Shown piece after piece: positions 1 to 10,475 of a stretch of DNA of 64,000 bases. A program made the translations under genes and the position numbers. Source of the stretch: Smithellaceae bacterium (GTDB lineage: Bacteria > Desulfobacterota > Syntrophia > Syntrophales > Smithellaceae); contig CAXXVL010000002.1 of NCBI GenBank assembly GCA_963667845.2, positions 1,152,001 to 1,216,000 of the forward strand, written 5' to 3'. Position 1 is the first letter of the stretch. Every line of letters starts with the position of its first letter. The notes beneath the pieces were generated by a model. That model searched no databases, was not told the origin of the DNA, and saw nothing but the letters and a program-made list of their open reading frames with translations.

Positions 1-937
1 GGTTGAAGAGCTCTCCCGTGTCTGCGCGGCGGTCGGCCTGTGCGTGACGGTTCATAACGGGGTAGCCGTCTATCCCTTTCTGCAATTTGCCGATAAAAGC
101 CAGAAGGACAGATATCTGCCGCAATTGACCGCAGGAGACGTCATCGGAGCGTTCAGCCTGACCGAAGCCAATGCCGGGTCCGATGCCGGCAGCGTAGAAA
201 CCACTGCCACCCGAACCGGTGCGGATTACGTTTTAAACGGCACGAAAATTTTTGTGACAAACGGCGGCGTCTGCGGTGTTGCGCTGATTTTTGCGTTGAC
301 CTCGTCGCCGGATAACAGGCTGCAGAGCAGTGTTTTTATTGTCGAGAGCAAATTCCCCGGATTTCTGCGCGGAGAACTGGAAGACTTATGCGGCATGCGT
401 GCCAACCCCGTGTCGTCCCTGTTTTTCGAGGATTGCCGAGTGCCTGAAGAAAATCTTTTGGGAAAGCTGGGCGACGGCATGAAGATCGGACTTGCGACAC
501 TGGATAACGGCCGGATCGGCGTCGCGGCCCAGGCCCTGGGCATTGCACAGGGTGCCATGGAAGCGGCGGTGAAGTATGCCAAGGAACGGCAGCAATTCAA
601 GAAACCCATCGCCACCCAGCAGACCATTCAAAACTATATCGCCGATATGGCAACGGAAATCATGGCCGCACGTCTTCTGCTTTACCGCGCTTGTGAGCTC
701 AAGGATGAGGGAGCGCCCTTCGGCTGCGAAGCATCGATGGCAAAGCTCTATTGCAGCACGGTGGCCTCGAAAGTAACGTCGCTGGCCGTTCAGATACACG
801 GCGGGTATGGTTACAGCAAGGAGTACGACGTGGAGCGCTATTTCCGCGACGCCAAGGTGACCGAAATTTATGAAGGCACCAGTGAAATCCAGCGTGTGGT
901 GATTGCCCGCGCGATATTGTCTCAGCCGATTTTGTGA
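1..937 (+). CDS. Acyl-CoA dehydrogenase (butyryl-CoA dehydrogenase-like), 5' end outside window
   Basis: Frame is open from position 2 (VEELSRVC...). ACAD motifs FSLTEANAGSD, LNGTKIFVTNG, QIHGGYGY, RDAKVTEIYEGTSEIQR. Confidence 0.95.
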   Translation, partial: VEELSRVCAAVGLCVTVHNGVAVYPFLQFADKSQKDRYLPQLTAGDVIGAFSLTEANAGSDAGSVETTATRTGADYVLNGTKIFVTNGGVCGVALIFALTSSPDNRLQSSVFIVESKFPGFLRGELEDLCGMRANPVSSLFFEDCRVPEENLLGKLGDGMKIGLATLDNGRIGVAAQALGIAQGAMEAAVKYAKERQQFKKPIATQQTIQNYIADMATEIMAARLLLYRACELKDEGAPFGCEASMAKLYCSTVASKVTSLAVQIHGGYGYSKEYDVERYFRDAKVTEIYEGTSEIQRVVIARAILSQPIL

Positions 938-943
938 GCCGCT

Positions 944-1771
944 ATGTTAAATATTGTTGTCTGCATTAAACAGGTTCCGATGGTCACCGAACTGCCCTGG
1001 GATGAAAAAACTGGAACGCTGAGGCGTGATCTGGCTGCCGGGATGATGAATCCCGCATGCAAACACGCCGTGGAAGCCGCGCTCCAGATCAAGGCAGCGC
1101 ATGGAGCATCCATTACCGTGCTGACGATGGGGCCCCCCGCTGCGGAAGAAGTTTTGCGCGAAGCGCTGGCGATGGGCGCCGGCCGCGCCATTCTCATCTG
1201 CGATCGAATATTGGCCGGATCCGACACCTATGCCACGTCGTTTGTCCTGGCCGAAGCCGTCAAGAAAGAGGTCCGAGGCTGCGATCTGATTTTGTGCGGG
1301 GCATACACCTCCGACAGTGAAACCGCTCAGGTGGGGCCGCAACTGGCCGAAGAGCTGCATATCCCGGCGGCGGCTTATGCCGAACATCTCGACATCTCCG
1401 GACGAACGCTGCGCGTGCGGCGTCTGGTGGACAATTTTCGCGAAACACTGGAAATGGAATTTCCCGCCCTCGTTACTGTTTCGATGGAGCAATACGGCCC
1501 GCGCTACGCATCGTTTGCCGGTCTGAACCAGGCCTTCATTGAATCGGACATTGCCATTCTGAATGCGCAAGCCCTGGGAATTACGGCCGCCGATCTCGCA
1601 GCGCACGGGTCGCGCACCAAGGTGCGCAAAGTGTTTATCCGTAAAACCCAGAAAGAAAATGTCAGGATCACCGGGGCGGCGGCCAATGCGGTCGGTGAAT
1701 TTCTCGACCGGTATCAGCGAACGATCGGCGCCGTGATTGGAAAATCGATCGAAGTCAAAAAGCAGGTCTGA
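944..1771 (+). CDS. etfB: Electron transfer flavoprotein beta subunit
   Basis: MLNIVVCIKQVP, MGPP, DRILAGSDTYATS, DSETAQVGPQLAE; lies between ACAD and etfA. Confidence 0.95.
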   Translation: MLNIVVCIKQVPMVTELPWDEKTGTLRRDLAAGMMNPACKHAVEAALQIKAAHGASITVLTMGPPAAEEVLREALAMGAGRAILICDRILAGSDTYATSFVLAEAVKKEVRGCDLILCGAYTSDSETAQVGPQLAEELHIPAAAYAEHLDISGRTLRVRRLVDNFRETLEMEFPALVTVSMEQYGPRYASFAGLNQAFIESDIAILNAQALGITAADLAAHGSRTKVRKVFIRKTQKENVRITGAAANAVGEFLDRYQRTIGAVIGKSIEVKKQV

Positions 1772-1794
1772 GACGGAGAAAAACGGACGGGCGA

Positions 1795-2796
1795 ATGAAG
1801 AAGTCACGAAAAAGCATCTGGGTATTCGGCGATTACCGCAACTATTACCAGAACCGCGTAACGCTGCAGCTCATTTCCAAAGCGGTTGACCTGGCGCGGG
1901 TGATTGACGCGGAAGTCTGTGCGGTTGTCGTCGGCCATGAGATTGAAGAATGGATCATGGAGTACACGGCACACGGTGCGGACCGCATCCTGGCGATCGA
2001 CCATCCTTCTTTAACCAGTTACAGCACGGAACACTATCTGGCGCTCATGGAACGGCTGGCAGGCGAGAGAGGCCCGGATATCATCTTAATCGGTGCGACC
2101 GATTTCGGCCGCGAGTTTGCACCCCGCCTGGCCAAGCGCCTGCAGACCGGCCTGTCCGCCGACTGCGTCGGCTTGGATATCTCGCCCGACGGACTGCTCG
2201 TGCAAATCGCGCCGTCTTTCGGCGGCAACATGCTGGCGGAAATTGTCACGGAGAAGCATCGGCCGCAGATGGCGACCGTGCGCCCCGGCACCTTCAAGGA
2301 AATCCCGCATAATTATGAGCGTACCGCCGTGGTGGAGCGTCTGCCGCTTCCGGCGCATCTGCCGGTTTCCAGCGTTCGTGTCATTCAATACGAGCGTGCT
2401 GCGCAGCGGGAGCACACGATTGAAAACGCAACGGTGATTGTCTGCGGCGGGCGCGGCATGGGCAATAAAAACAATTTCAAAAAACTCGATGAACTGGCGA
2501 GGCTTCTGGGCGGAGACGTCGGCGCGACGCGGCCGGTGGTTTACGCCGGATGGGCCAATCACGAGGCCCTGGTCGGTCAGGCGGGAAAACATATCAAACC
2601 CAGAATTCTCTTTTCCTTCGGCATCAGCGGTGCGATTCAGCATACGGCGGGTCTGGGGGAAGCGAATTTCATCGTCGCGATCAACAAAAATCCTCAGGCC
2701 ACCATGATGAAAATGGCTGACGTTGCCATTACGGCGGATGCCGGGGATCTGTTGAATCACCTGATCAAAGAACTCAAGAAACGCATTCGGGAATAA
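1795..2796 (+). CDS. etfA: Electron transfer flavoprotein alpha subunit
   Basis: GREFAPRLA...TGLSADC, RPQMATVRPG, GGRGMG, VGQAGK, GISGAIQH, AINKNP. Confidence 0.95.
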   Translation: MKKSRKSIWVFGDYRNYYQNRVTLQLISKAVDLARVIDAEVCAVVVGHEIEEWIMEYTAHGADRILAIDHPSLTSYSTEHYLALMERLAGERGPDIILIGATDFGREFAPRLAKRLQTGLSADCVGLDISPDGLLVQIAPSFGGNMLAEIVTEKHRPQMATVRPGTFKEIPHNYERTAVVERLPLPAHLPVSSVRVIQYERAAQREHTIENATVIVCGGRGMGNKNNFKKLDELARLLGGDVGATRPVVYAGWANHEALVGQAGKHIKPRILFSFGISGAIQHTAGLGEANFIVAINKNPQATMMKMADVAITADAGDLLNHLIKELKKRIRE

Positions 2797-2822
2797 TTCC
2801 AACCCATCGTCCGGAGGTCATC

Positions 2823-3125
2823 ATGAACGATTTTCGAAACGTGTTATACGCGATTGATCTGGATGATGACGCCATCACGATATCACATCCCTCGGAGATG
2901 CCATGGAATCTGCAAAACGATTCAATAGCCGGGGCCATTACGCCACGTTCAGAGGAAATGCGGCGGAGGAGATCGTCAAGGACTACAGGAAAATTCGATT
3001 GACCTGCTGATTGTCGGGCATAAACATCGCGGCAGGCTATACTCATCCTTGTCCGACAGCACCGATGTCAATATTATTGATCGGTGCAGCTTCCGGTATT
3101 GGTCATTCCGCAAAAAGGGATGTAA
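2823..3125 (+). pseudogene. Universal stress protein (UspA family) pseudogene
   Basis: GGAGG SD then MNDFRNVLYAIDL. Fragments in shifting frames: GNAAEEIVK / ENSIDLLIVGHKHRG / PVLVIPQKGM*. These match USP signature segments, with frameshifts and an internal deletion. Confidence 0.75.
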
Positions 3126-3200
3126 AAAATAGTATTGTTCCCGAAAACCGGTCCTGGGCCTTTTATGGGTCATCTTGGCCGAATCTTCCAGAGGAGAATC

Positions 3201-4286
3201 ATGGATATTTTAAGCAATATGTATCTGGGGAATATGTTGCAGGACTGGCTGATCGCCGTCTTTATTTTAGTCGTCGTCTTCTCGATATTGAAAATTATTC
3301 AGCGCGTGGTCATCCGCAAACTCGAACGTCTGGCCGCTTCTACGGAGAACCAGATTGACGACCTGATCGTCAGCATGCTCAAGCAGACAAAATTTCTGAT
3401 CCTGCTGGTTGCTTCCGCTTACGTCGCATCGAGTGCGATAACGCTCAAGCCGTCCATTGCCGCCGTGTTGCAGAAAGGGGTCATCCTGATTCTGATTGTC
3501 CAGGGAGGACTGTGGGCCGGCGCCGCTATCTCCTTCGGTCTCAAGCGAATGATCGCCAAGCGGGCCGATCAGGACACGTCCACTGCGACCACCATCACCT
3601 TCCTGGGGTTTGTGGCGCGATTTGTTTTATGGGCGATCGTTCTTCTCTTGGTCCTCGATAACCTGGGCGTCAATATTACCGGCCTGGTTGCCGGTCTCGG
3701 CATCGGCGGCATCGCGGTCGCGCTGGCGGTGCAGAATATCCTCGGCGATCTCCTGGCCTCCCTGTCGATTGTCCTCGACAAGCCGTTCGTGATCGGTGAC
3801 ACGATCGTCATCGATAATCTGACGGGAACCATCGAGCACATCGGCTTGAAGACGACGCGTCTGCGCAGCATTGACGGGGAAGAACTGATTCTTGCCAACA
3901 GCGATCTGTTGAAGAGCAGGATCCACAACTACAAAAGGATGCAGGAAAGGCGCGTGGTGTTCACCTTCGGCGTCACCTATCAGACGCCGCCTCAGACGCT
4001 GACCCGGATCAACGAGATGGTCAGGACGATTATTGAAGCCGAGCAGAAGGCTCGCTTCGACCGCGTCCATTTCAAGGCGTACGGTGACTCGGCGCTTAAT
4101 TTCGAGGTGGTCTACTTTGTGACCGACCAGGATTATAAACTGTACATGGATATCCATCAGTCCATCAACCTGGGCATTTTCCGCCGTTTCCGGGAAGAGG
4201 GCATTGAATTTGCCTACCCCACTCAAACTCTTTATATTCAAAACGACGCAAAAGACCATCTACGGGATCTGCCGCAATCAGGATGA
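3201..4286 (+). CDS. Small-conductance mechanosensitive channel (MscS family)
   Basis: GAGGAG SD before ATG 3201. TM helices, then GLGIGGIAVALAVQNILGDL, DKPFVIGD, IGLKTTRLRS, GIEFAYPTQ. Confidence 0.93.
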   Translation: MDILSNMYLGNMLQDWLIAVFILVVVFSILKIIQRVVIRKLERLAASTENQIDDLIVSMLKQTKFLILLVASAYVASSAITLKPSIAAVLQKGVILILIVQGGLWAGAAISFGLKRMIAKRADQDTSTATTITFLGFVARFVLWAIVLLLVLDNLGVNITGLVAGLGIGGIAVALAVQNILGDLLASLSIVLDKPFVIGDTIVIDNLTGTIEHIGLKTTRLRSIDGEELILANSDLLKSRIHNYKRMQERRVVFTFGVTYQTPPQTLTRINEMVRTIIEAEQKARFDRVHFKAYGDSALNFEVVYFVTDQDYKLYMDIHQSINLGIFRRFREEGIEFAYPTQTLYIQNDAKDHLRDLPQSG

Positions 4287-4299
4287 TTATCCGAGGCAC

Positions 4300-4348
4300 G
4301 CAGGGAACGGTCTGGCCACCCGTATGGGGTGGCCAGACCGTTCCCTGC
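4300..4348. terminator. Perfect 22-bp inverted repeat between convergent mscS and ATPase K genes (probable bidirectional terminator/stabiliser)
   Basis: GCAGGGAACGGTCTGGCCACCC-gtatg-GGGTGGCCAGACCGTTCCCTGC; no U-tract on either side. Confidence 0.6.
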
Positions 4349-4382
4349 AGATACGTTGAGGAAAGTCTGGACTTGGATGGAA

Positions 4383-4898
4383 TTATTTCATGATGAAGGT
4401 CATGACCAGCGCGAACACCGCGTAAGTTTCCGGCATGGCGCCCGACACCAGCGCATTGGCCATCGTGTTTCGGCCTTCCTGGATACTGCGGATACCCGCT
4501 GCGCAGACAACACCCTGATACCAGGCGCTCAAAAACATGGTTATGCCAAAGATCGCCGCCCGGCCGGCGACAGTATAAGGATCGGTGTTGAACTGGGCCA
4601 TGTTGGAGAATAAAACCACGATCGAATAAATGCCCTGGGAAGACGGCATCATGGCCACGGCAATATTCTTATAAAAATTTTCCGTTCCCCCGCCCAGAAG
4701 GGCTGAAAACGAAATGGACAGGCCGACGGCGGAGCCCGCCAAGCCCAGAGACAGGCTCAGTCCCATCACGATTTTGGCAATGAGCGGCGCCCAGTTTTCC
4801 GGCGTTGCCGCTGCCTGGGCTACGGCCGGGGAAACAAATCCCACCGTCACAAGGACCGCCGCCAAAACTACCATAACCCATTTTCCCTTCTTGCTCAT
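4383..4898 (-). CDS. atpK: V/A-type ATPase proteolipid subunit K (c), double hairpin, with N-terminal signal-like segment
   Basis: PSSQGIY, SAWYQG, MPETYAVF motifs; last gene of the V-ATPase operon. Confidence 0.9.
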   Translation of the reverse strand: MSKKGKWVMVVLAAVLVTVGFVSPAVAQAAATPENWAPLIAKIVMGLSLSLGLAGSAVGLSISFSALLGGGTENFYKNIAVAMMPSSQGIYSIVVLFSNMAQFNTDPYTVAGRAAIFGITMFLSAWYQGVVCAAGIRSIQEGRNTMANALVSGAMPETYAVFALVMTFIMK

Positions 4899-6712
4899 AA
4901 CTTACCCCTTTCGATTTTGAATGGTTTGTATTCAACTCCTCCCCCTTCGAAGAAACTTTTAAAGGCTTCTACAAAATGGAGTCGGGCGGAATGGATGGTG
5001 CTTCCCAGAATGGAAAGCGCAAGGTTGAACGTATGCCCCAGGATTATCACAAACACCGCCAGTGGAATACCGATGATCGGGCCTGCGGCGTTGAAAATCA
5101 TCAGGGCCAACTGGTTCATCACCGCGGCGATGGCGCCGGTCGCGATACCCAGGCCGAATAGACGGGCATAGGAGAGGAGATCGCCGACAAGGCCGGTGAG
5201 GCCATAGACATTCCAGAGGCCGATGCCGAGCCGTATGAACCAATTCGGGTTGCTGGTGGCAAATAACAGGGTTAAAACCAGACCCAGACCGAGGAAGCCG
5301 ATCCCCCCATAGAAAATCCACATCTCAGAAGGAGCGGGAAACCAGATATTTCTGACGATCAGCATCACGCCGCCCCAGAGAACAAAAATTAGGCCGAGTT
5401 TCTGGAGCCTAATATACCGGTCGGCCGACTGCGCCACTCCCAGAAGATAAGAAAGAGTCAAATGAACAACCCCCAGGCCGAGGGCCAGGTAGAAGTAAAG
5501 CATCGGATTGCCGGTGCCTACGGAAACGTCGAGAAGAATCCAGCGGCGATCCTCAAAGTTGTAGCCGAAGACGGAACCCGTGATGATGCCCATAAGCACG
5601 GCGGCCACGGCAAAGGCCTTGCAGAGCTTGATGACCAGCGGCAACCCTTCCACTTTCCCGCCCCATTTGCGCCCGATGGCGTGCGCAACCAGATAGAGGA
5701 CCACACCGTAACCGGCGTCGGACAGGCATATTCCGAAAAACAGGACCATAAAAGGGGCAAAGAAATAGGACGGATCGAGGTCACGATACTTGGGACTGCC
5801 GTAAAGCTTTAAAAGGGGTTCGATGCGCCGGATAAACCAATTATTTTTGAGAAGGACCGGCGGCTCTTCTTCCGGCAGGGAGTCTCTTATTTCGCATTGA
5901 AGCGGAAGGTGCTCCCTTTCGATCTCCCGGAGAAAATCATTGACGTGATCCTCGGGAATCCAACCCTGAAGGCCGAAGAGATAATCCTCGGCATAGAGCG
6001 TCCCCATCTGCTCCAGATAGTGCGCCTCGTTGAGGGCGGACGTCATCTGAGCTTTCAGAGCATCGGCTCTCAGGGCGATACCGGCCAGGCGGGCGGCGAA
6101 GGACTCTTCTTCCGCCTTCAGCCGTTCGATTTCTTGCCGGGCTTTCGCAAGCCCCATTTCCGGCATCGGCAGGGGAGAGGCGACGGGAATGTCGATTGGT
6201 CCTTCCAGCGAAATGGTATAAAACAATATCGTCGGCTTTTCCGAAATAATCTCGGCAAAAATTCCATCGGGAATGGTCAGCTCGGCGCCTTTCTTGCGAT
6301 CCATGCGCCAGCGCCGGACAGACACACCGGCCTCTTCCAGACGACGCAATGCTTCGGGATCGAAATCTCCCCAGGGGGTGAGATCATCGGCCAGGCGTTC
6401 GAGAGCCTGTCTCCGGTTGCCAACCTCCTGAAGGGCCGCCAGCTCATCTTCCGCACAGCGAGCCAGTTCATCATCGGGACAATCGACAGGATGCCTCTCT
6501 TCGCGGCGGCTATAGCGGCTCACCGCCTCTTCGATCTGCCCGATCCTGCGCAGACGCAGCAGAGCGGCGGAAGCCTCTTTCTCGCCTGGGCCAGCAAGGG
6601 GTTGAACCGGTTCGAGGTGAACAACGCCGGCGCGCTGGAGAAAACGCACCGTTTCTTCTTTATGAACGGAAGAGCCGACCAGAAATATCCGGTCCATTTT
6701 CGCGATGGCCAT
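4895..6712 (-). CDS. atpI: V/A-type ATPase subunit I (a)
   Basis: LQGWIP, PPVLLKN, YGSPKYRDLDP, FFGICLSDAGYG, DLLSYARLFGL, RLHFVE; GGAGG SD before ATG 6712. Confidence 0.93.
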   Translation of the reverse strand: MAIAKMDRIFLVGSSVHKEETVRFLQRAGVVHLEPVQPLAGPGEKEASAALLRLRRIGQIEEAVSRYSRREERHPVDCPDDELARCAEDELAALQEVGNRRQALERLADDLTPWGDFDPEALRRLEEAGVSVRRWRMDRKKGAELTIPDGIFAEIISEKPTILFYTISLEGPIDIPVASPLPMPEMGLAKARQEIERLKAEEESFAARLAGIALRADALKAQMTSALNEAHYLEQMGTLYAEDYLFGLQGWIPEDHVNDFLREIEREHLPLQCEIRDSLPEEEPPVLLKNNWFIRRIEPLLKLYGSPKYRDLDPSYFFAPFMVLFFGICLSDAGYGVVLYLVAHAIGRKWGGKVEGLPLVIKLCKAFAVAAVLMGIITGSVFGYNFEDRRWILLDVSVGTGNPMLYFYLALGLGVVHLTLSYLLGVAQSADRYIRLQKLGLIFVLWGGVMLIVRNIWFPAPSEMWIFYGGIGFLGLGLVLTLLFATSNPNWFIRLGIGLWNVYGLTGLVGDLLSYARLFGLGIATGAIAAVMNQLALMIFNAAGPIIGIPLAVFVIILGHTFNLALSILGSTIHSARLHFVEAFKSFFEGGGVEYKPFKIERGKL

Positions 6713-6770
6713 GGTCAAGACCTCCCTCGGCCCGTCTTTTTGCCGGACGGCCGTTTAATGTTGTTATCCA

Positions 6771-7373
6771 TCATAAACCCGCCTCCAGCAGGCGCTTGGC
6801 AACCTTGGCCACGCCCACGGCGGCGGCCTGCTGGTCCTGGAGATAAACAGTGATTTTGCGCAGGGCTTCGCGGCACTGGGGAATCAGCCGCTGCTCATAG
6901 AGGTTGATCCGCTGGCTCGTCTTGCGGAAACCGTCCGCTAGAATCCGTTCCTGCTTAAGGAGTATCTTCAGGTGCTCGCGCCGGCGAATCGCTTCCCGCA
7001 GGCGCTTAAGGACAATTTCGAAACTGTAGGATGTGGCGAAGATGCTGTAGGAGATATCTTCGAAGATCACCTCCTGAAAAAGCGGAATCTTCAAACCCGC
7101 CACATTATGCATGGAAACCCCGACCTGCCGGATTTTGATAAACGGCTTAAGCTGGCCCTCCATATCCCGAACCAAAGGAGCCCATAGAGCAATGTCCGCC
7201 ATAAGCTGAAGCAGAGCGTGATCTTGCTCCCGGATGTCCTTCCGGACGACCGCCAGTTGCATGAGGAACTGCTGCTTGCGCGCCTCCAGAGCGGGAAGAA
7301 AGCGCTGATAGAGCGCCATTTTTTGTTTTTGCTCCCGCAGCGACACTTTATTGAGTTTGATCCGCTGTGCCAT
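6771..7373 (-). CDS. atpD: V/A-type ATPase subunit D
   Basis: RFLPALEARKQQ, NVAGLKIP, RKTSQRINLYEQRLIP; operon position. Confidence 0.92.
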   Translation of the reverse strand: MAQRIKLNKVSLREQKQKMALYQRFLPALEARKQQFLMQLAVVRKDIREQDHALLQLMADIALWAPLVRDMEGQLKPFIKIRQVGVSMHNVAGLKIPLFQEVIFEDISYSIFATSYSFEIVLKRLREAIRRREHLKILLKQERILADGFRKTSQRINLYEQRLIPQCREALRKITVYLQDQQAAAVGVAKVAKRLLEAGL

Positions 7374-7377
7374 GTTT

Positions 7378-8694
7378 TCAGATCTCGCAGAGTTTATCTT
7401 TTATCCAGTGCTGATCAATAAATTCCTGCTTAATGCCGACTTCTTCCGGCCGGAAGCATTCCGACAACGTTTTCCAGCCCAAATCCAGGGCATCGTTGAG
7501 GCCGATGTCCACGTTCAGATCCATGAACCGCTCATAGAAGAGCTTCCCGAATCGCAGATACCGTTCATCGTCCTCTGTCCTGTCGAATCCCATGGCCAGC
7601 TTCTGCTCCACTTCGCGGCTCTTGGCGAAAAGGCGGATCATGCTGTTCATGATCACCCCGTGGTCGGCGCGGGTCACCTTGCCGATGACCAGCTGTTTGA
7701 GGCGAGAGAGAGATCCGAAGGGTTCGATGACCCCTTTGCGCAGATAGAATTGTCCTTCTGTAATATAGCCCGTATTGTCGGGAACCGGATGCGTGACGTC
7801 ATCGCCCGGCATGGAGGTTACGGCCAGAACGGTGATGCTGCCCGCGCCTTCAAAATCCACGGCCTTTTCGTAGCGTGCCGCCAGATCGCTGTAGAGCGAT
7901 CCCGGATATCCGAGGTTGGAAGGGACCTGATCCATGGAGATGGCGATTTCCTTCAAGGCATCGGCAAACGCCGTCATGTCCGTGAGCAGCACCAGCACGC
8001 GCTTCCCCCGGACGCCGAACTGTTCCGCCACGGCCAGGGCCATGTCGGGCACCAGCAGCCGCTCTACAACGGGGTCGGATGCCGTATGAACAAACATGAT
8101 GGAACGGGAGATCACGCCCGCCTCTTCGAAGGCGTGCCGGAATTTAAGATATTCGTCATACTTGAGGCCGATGCCGCCCAGGATCACCACATCAGCGTCG
8201 GCGCGCATGCCGATGCGGGCCAAAAGGTCGTTATAGGGCTCGCCCGCCGCGGCAAAGATCGGCAGTTTCTGGCTTTCCACCAGGGGATTGAAAACATCCA
8301 CCATGGGGACGCGCGTTTCAATAAACCCCCGGGGAATAACGCGCCGGACGGGGTTGACCGAAGGACCGCCTATTTCGATTTTAGGCAACGCCGTCAGATC
8401 GGGTCCGTTGTCGATCGGCTCGCCGGAACCGTTGAATATTCTGCCCAGCAGAGCATCACCGAAAGCCACGCGCATGGGGCGCCCCAGGAAACGGACCTGA
8501 TCGCCCGTGGACACGCCCCGGGACCCGGCAAATACCTGTAAGAAAACATCATGACCCTTGAGCCGGATCACCTGGGCCAAAGACACACCGTGCCTGCTTT
8601 TCACCTGCGCCAGTTCACCATAACCGATGTCCCTCGCGGGTACCGTGATAATGTCGCCCTGGATTCTGATGATGTGAGAGTGTTCTGTTAACAT
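7378..8694 (-). CDS. atpB: V/A-type ATPase subunit B
   Basis: [59 protein letters not shown]. Confidence 0.96.
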   Translation of the reverse strand: MLTEHSHIIRIQGDIITVPARDIGYGELAQVKSRHGVSLAQVIRLKGHDVFLQVFAGSRGVSTGDQVRFLGRPMRVAFGDALLGRIFNGSGEPIDNGPDLTALPKIEIGGPSVNPVRRVIPRGFIETRVPMVDVFNPLVESQKLPIFAAAGEPYNDLLARIGMRADADVVILGGIGLKYDEYLKFRHAFEEAGVISRSIMFVHTASDPVVERLLVPDMALAVAEQFGVRGKRVLVLLTDMTAFADALKEIAISMDQVPSNLGYPGSLYSDLAARYEKAVDFEGAGSITVLAVTSMPGDDVTHPVPDNTGYITEGQFYLRKGVIEPFGSLSRLKQLVIGKVTRADHGVIMNSMIRLFAKSREVEQKLAMGFDRTEDDERYLRFGKLFYERFMDLNVDIGLNDALDLGWKTLSECFRPEEVGIKQEFIDQHWIKDKLCEI

Positions 8695-10475
8695 GGGCTG
8701 ATTGCTCCTTGTCCTGCTATGATGGACTCGATCTCGCCGCGGTATCTAAGATAGGATTCCCCCTTAAAAGGGCAGTATTTCATCTGGAAGAAACGGTTGT
8801 GAAGGGCGGTCATCTCCAGACGCGCCTTTTCTTTGTTCTCAAAGGTGAACGGATGGTGCACCATATCCATTAAAAGCAGAAAATCGGCAACCTGGCGTTC
8901 CAGTGAAGTTGCACGGTCCACAACATCGAACGAATCCTGCTGGAGGCAGACGGCGTCCACAATCTCGGATTTCAGATAGGTGATGAGGTCGTCAAGCCCG
9001 ATTCCCTCTTCACCGACGACAAGCATCATCTGATGCACGTCGCTGCCGGCGTAGAGAAGCTGGTGGACCTCTTCGACCAGCTTCACCCATCCGTCGCTGC
9101 GCTGGGCGAGCGACTCCTGCATTTGCCGAAGATAGAGGCTCCAGGAGATGAGAGGATCAATGGCCGGATAGCGCCGCTGGTCGGAGCGTGTCCGGGAAAG
9201 ACCATAGAAGGCGCCCACAACCTTGAGGGTGTTTTGCGTGACAGGTTCTTCGAAATTGCCGCCGGCGGGTGAAACATTGCCGATCACGGTGAGCGATCCG
9301 GTAGCACCGTCGGAAAGCTCCACCAGCCCCGCGCGTTCATAAACGGCGGCGATACGGCTTTCCAGATAGGCGGGGAACGCCTCTTCGCCGGGAATTTCTT
9401 CCAGTCTGGCCGAAGATTCACGGAGAGCCTGAGCCCAGCGGGACGTGCTGTCGGCCAGGAGGAGCACCTTGAGCCCCAGAGAGCGGTAATATTCGCCGAT
9501 GGTAATACCCGTGTAAATGGACGCCTCGCGGGCCGCGACGGGCATGGACGACGTATTGCAGATGATCACCGTCCTGTTCATCAGAGAGCCGCCCGTCTTG
9601 GGATCTTCCAGTTCCGGAAACTCCCGGATGGTCTCCACGACTTCACCGGCCCGCTCTCCGCAGGCCACGATAATCACGACGTCCGCCTCGGCATAGCGGG
9701 AAATAATCTGCTGCAGAACGGTCTTGCCGGCTCCAAAAGGGCCGGGAATACAGGCCGTGCCGCCTTCGGCCAGGGGGAAGAAAATATCAATGAGACGGCA
9801 CTGGGTAAGCATCTGCCGGCTGGGGAGCAGCCTCTCCCGATAGGCGCGGACGGGCATCTTGACGGGCCATTCCTGCTTGAGGGTGACGGGTGCTTCGCGT
9901 CCGTCCTCCGTGCTTTTCAGGACGGCAATGGTCTCACTCACCCGGTAGGGGCCTCGCGGCATGATCTTTATGACTTCCCATGTTCCGCGCAAAGAAAGCG
10001 GAACAATCGTATGGTGCTTGAAGAGTCCTTCGGGAACACTTCCCAGATACTGACCCGCCTTGACAACAGCGCCTGCGCTCACGGAGGGAGTAAAGTCCCA
10101 CTGTCTTTCCTCATCCAGGGAATTTAAGTACTGCCCCCGTTTGAGGAAAAAATCCTGTTCATTTTCCAAATGCGTCAGGGGGTTCTGAAGGCCGTCGTAG
10201 ATCATACCCAGGATGCCCGGCCCCAGAGTTGCCGAGAGCAGTTCGCCGGAAAATTCCACCTCGTTTCCCACGACCATACCCGTGGTGCTCTCGAAAACCT
10301 GCATGTCGATCTGCCGTCCCCGAATACGGATCACCTCCGCTTTGAGGGACGCTCCCTGGCATTTGACATAAGCCACTTCGTTCTGGAGAACCTCACGGCC
10401 CTGGTCGACCTCGCAGGTTACAAGGGGGCCGTTTATCGCGATGATACGACCTTTGGAAAGATCACCCACATTCAA
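8688..10475 (-). CDS. atpA: V/A-type ATPase catalytic subunit A
   Basis: P-loop [50 protein letters not shown]. Confidence 0.97.
   Translation of the reverse strand: MNVGDLSKGRIIAINGPLVTCEVDQGREVLQNEVAYVKCQGASLKAEVIRIRGRQIDMQVFESTTGMVVGNEVEFSGELLSATLGPGILGMIYDGLQNPLTHLENEQDFFLKRGQYLNSLDEERQWDFTPSVSAGAVVKAGQYLGSVPEGLFKHHTIVPLSLRGTWEVIKIMPRGPYRVSETIAVLKSTEDGREAPVTLKQEWPVKMPVRAYRERLLPSRQMLTQCRLIDIFFPLAEGGTACIPGPFGAGKTVLQQIISRYAEADVVIIVACGERAGEVVETIREFPELEDPKTGGSLMNRTVIICNTSSMPVAAREASIYTGITIGEYYRSLGLKVLLLADSTSRWAQALRESSARLEEIPGEEAFPAYLESRIAAVYERAGLVELSDGATGSLTVIGNVSPAGGNFEEPVTQNTLKVVGAFYGLSRTRSDQRRYPAIDPLISWSLYLRQMQESLAQRSDGWVKLVEEVHQLLYAGSDVHQMMLVVGEEGIGLDDLITYLKSEIVDAVCLQQDSFDVVDRATSLERQVADFLLLMDMVHHPFTFENKEKARLEMTALHNRFFQMKYCPFKGESYLRYRGEIESIIAGQGAISPC

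Noticed and set aside
5897..8541. Long plus-strand ORFs opposite the V-ATPase genes (similar shadows occur opposite recA, alaS and the kinase)
   Set aside because: Antisense shadows of well-supported genes in GC-rich coding DNA; no motifs or SD.
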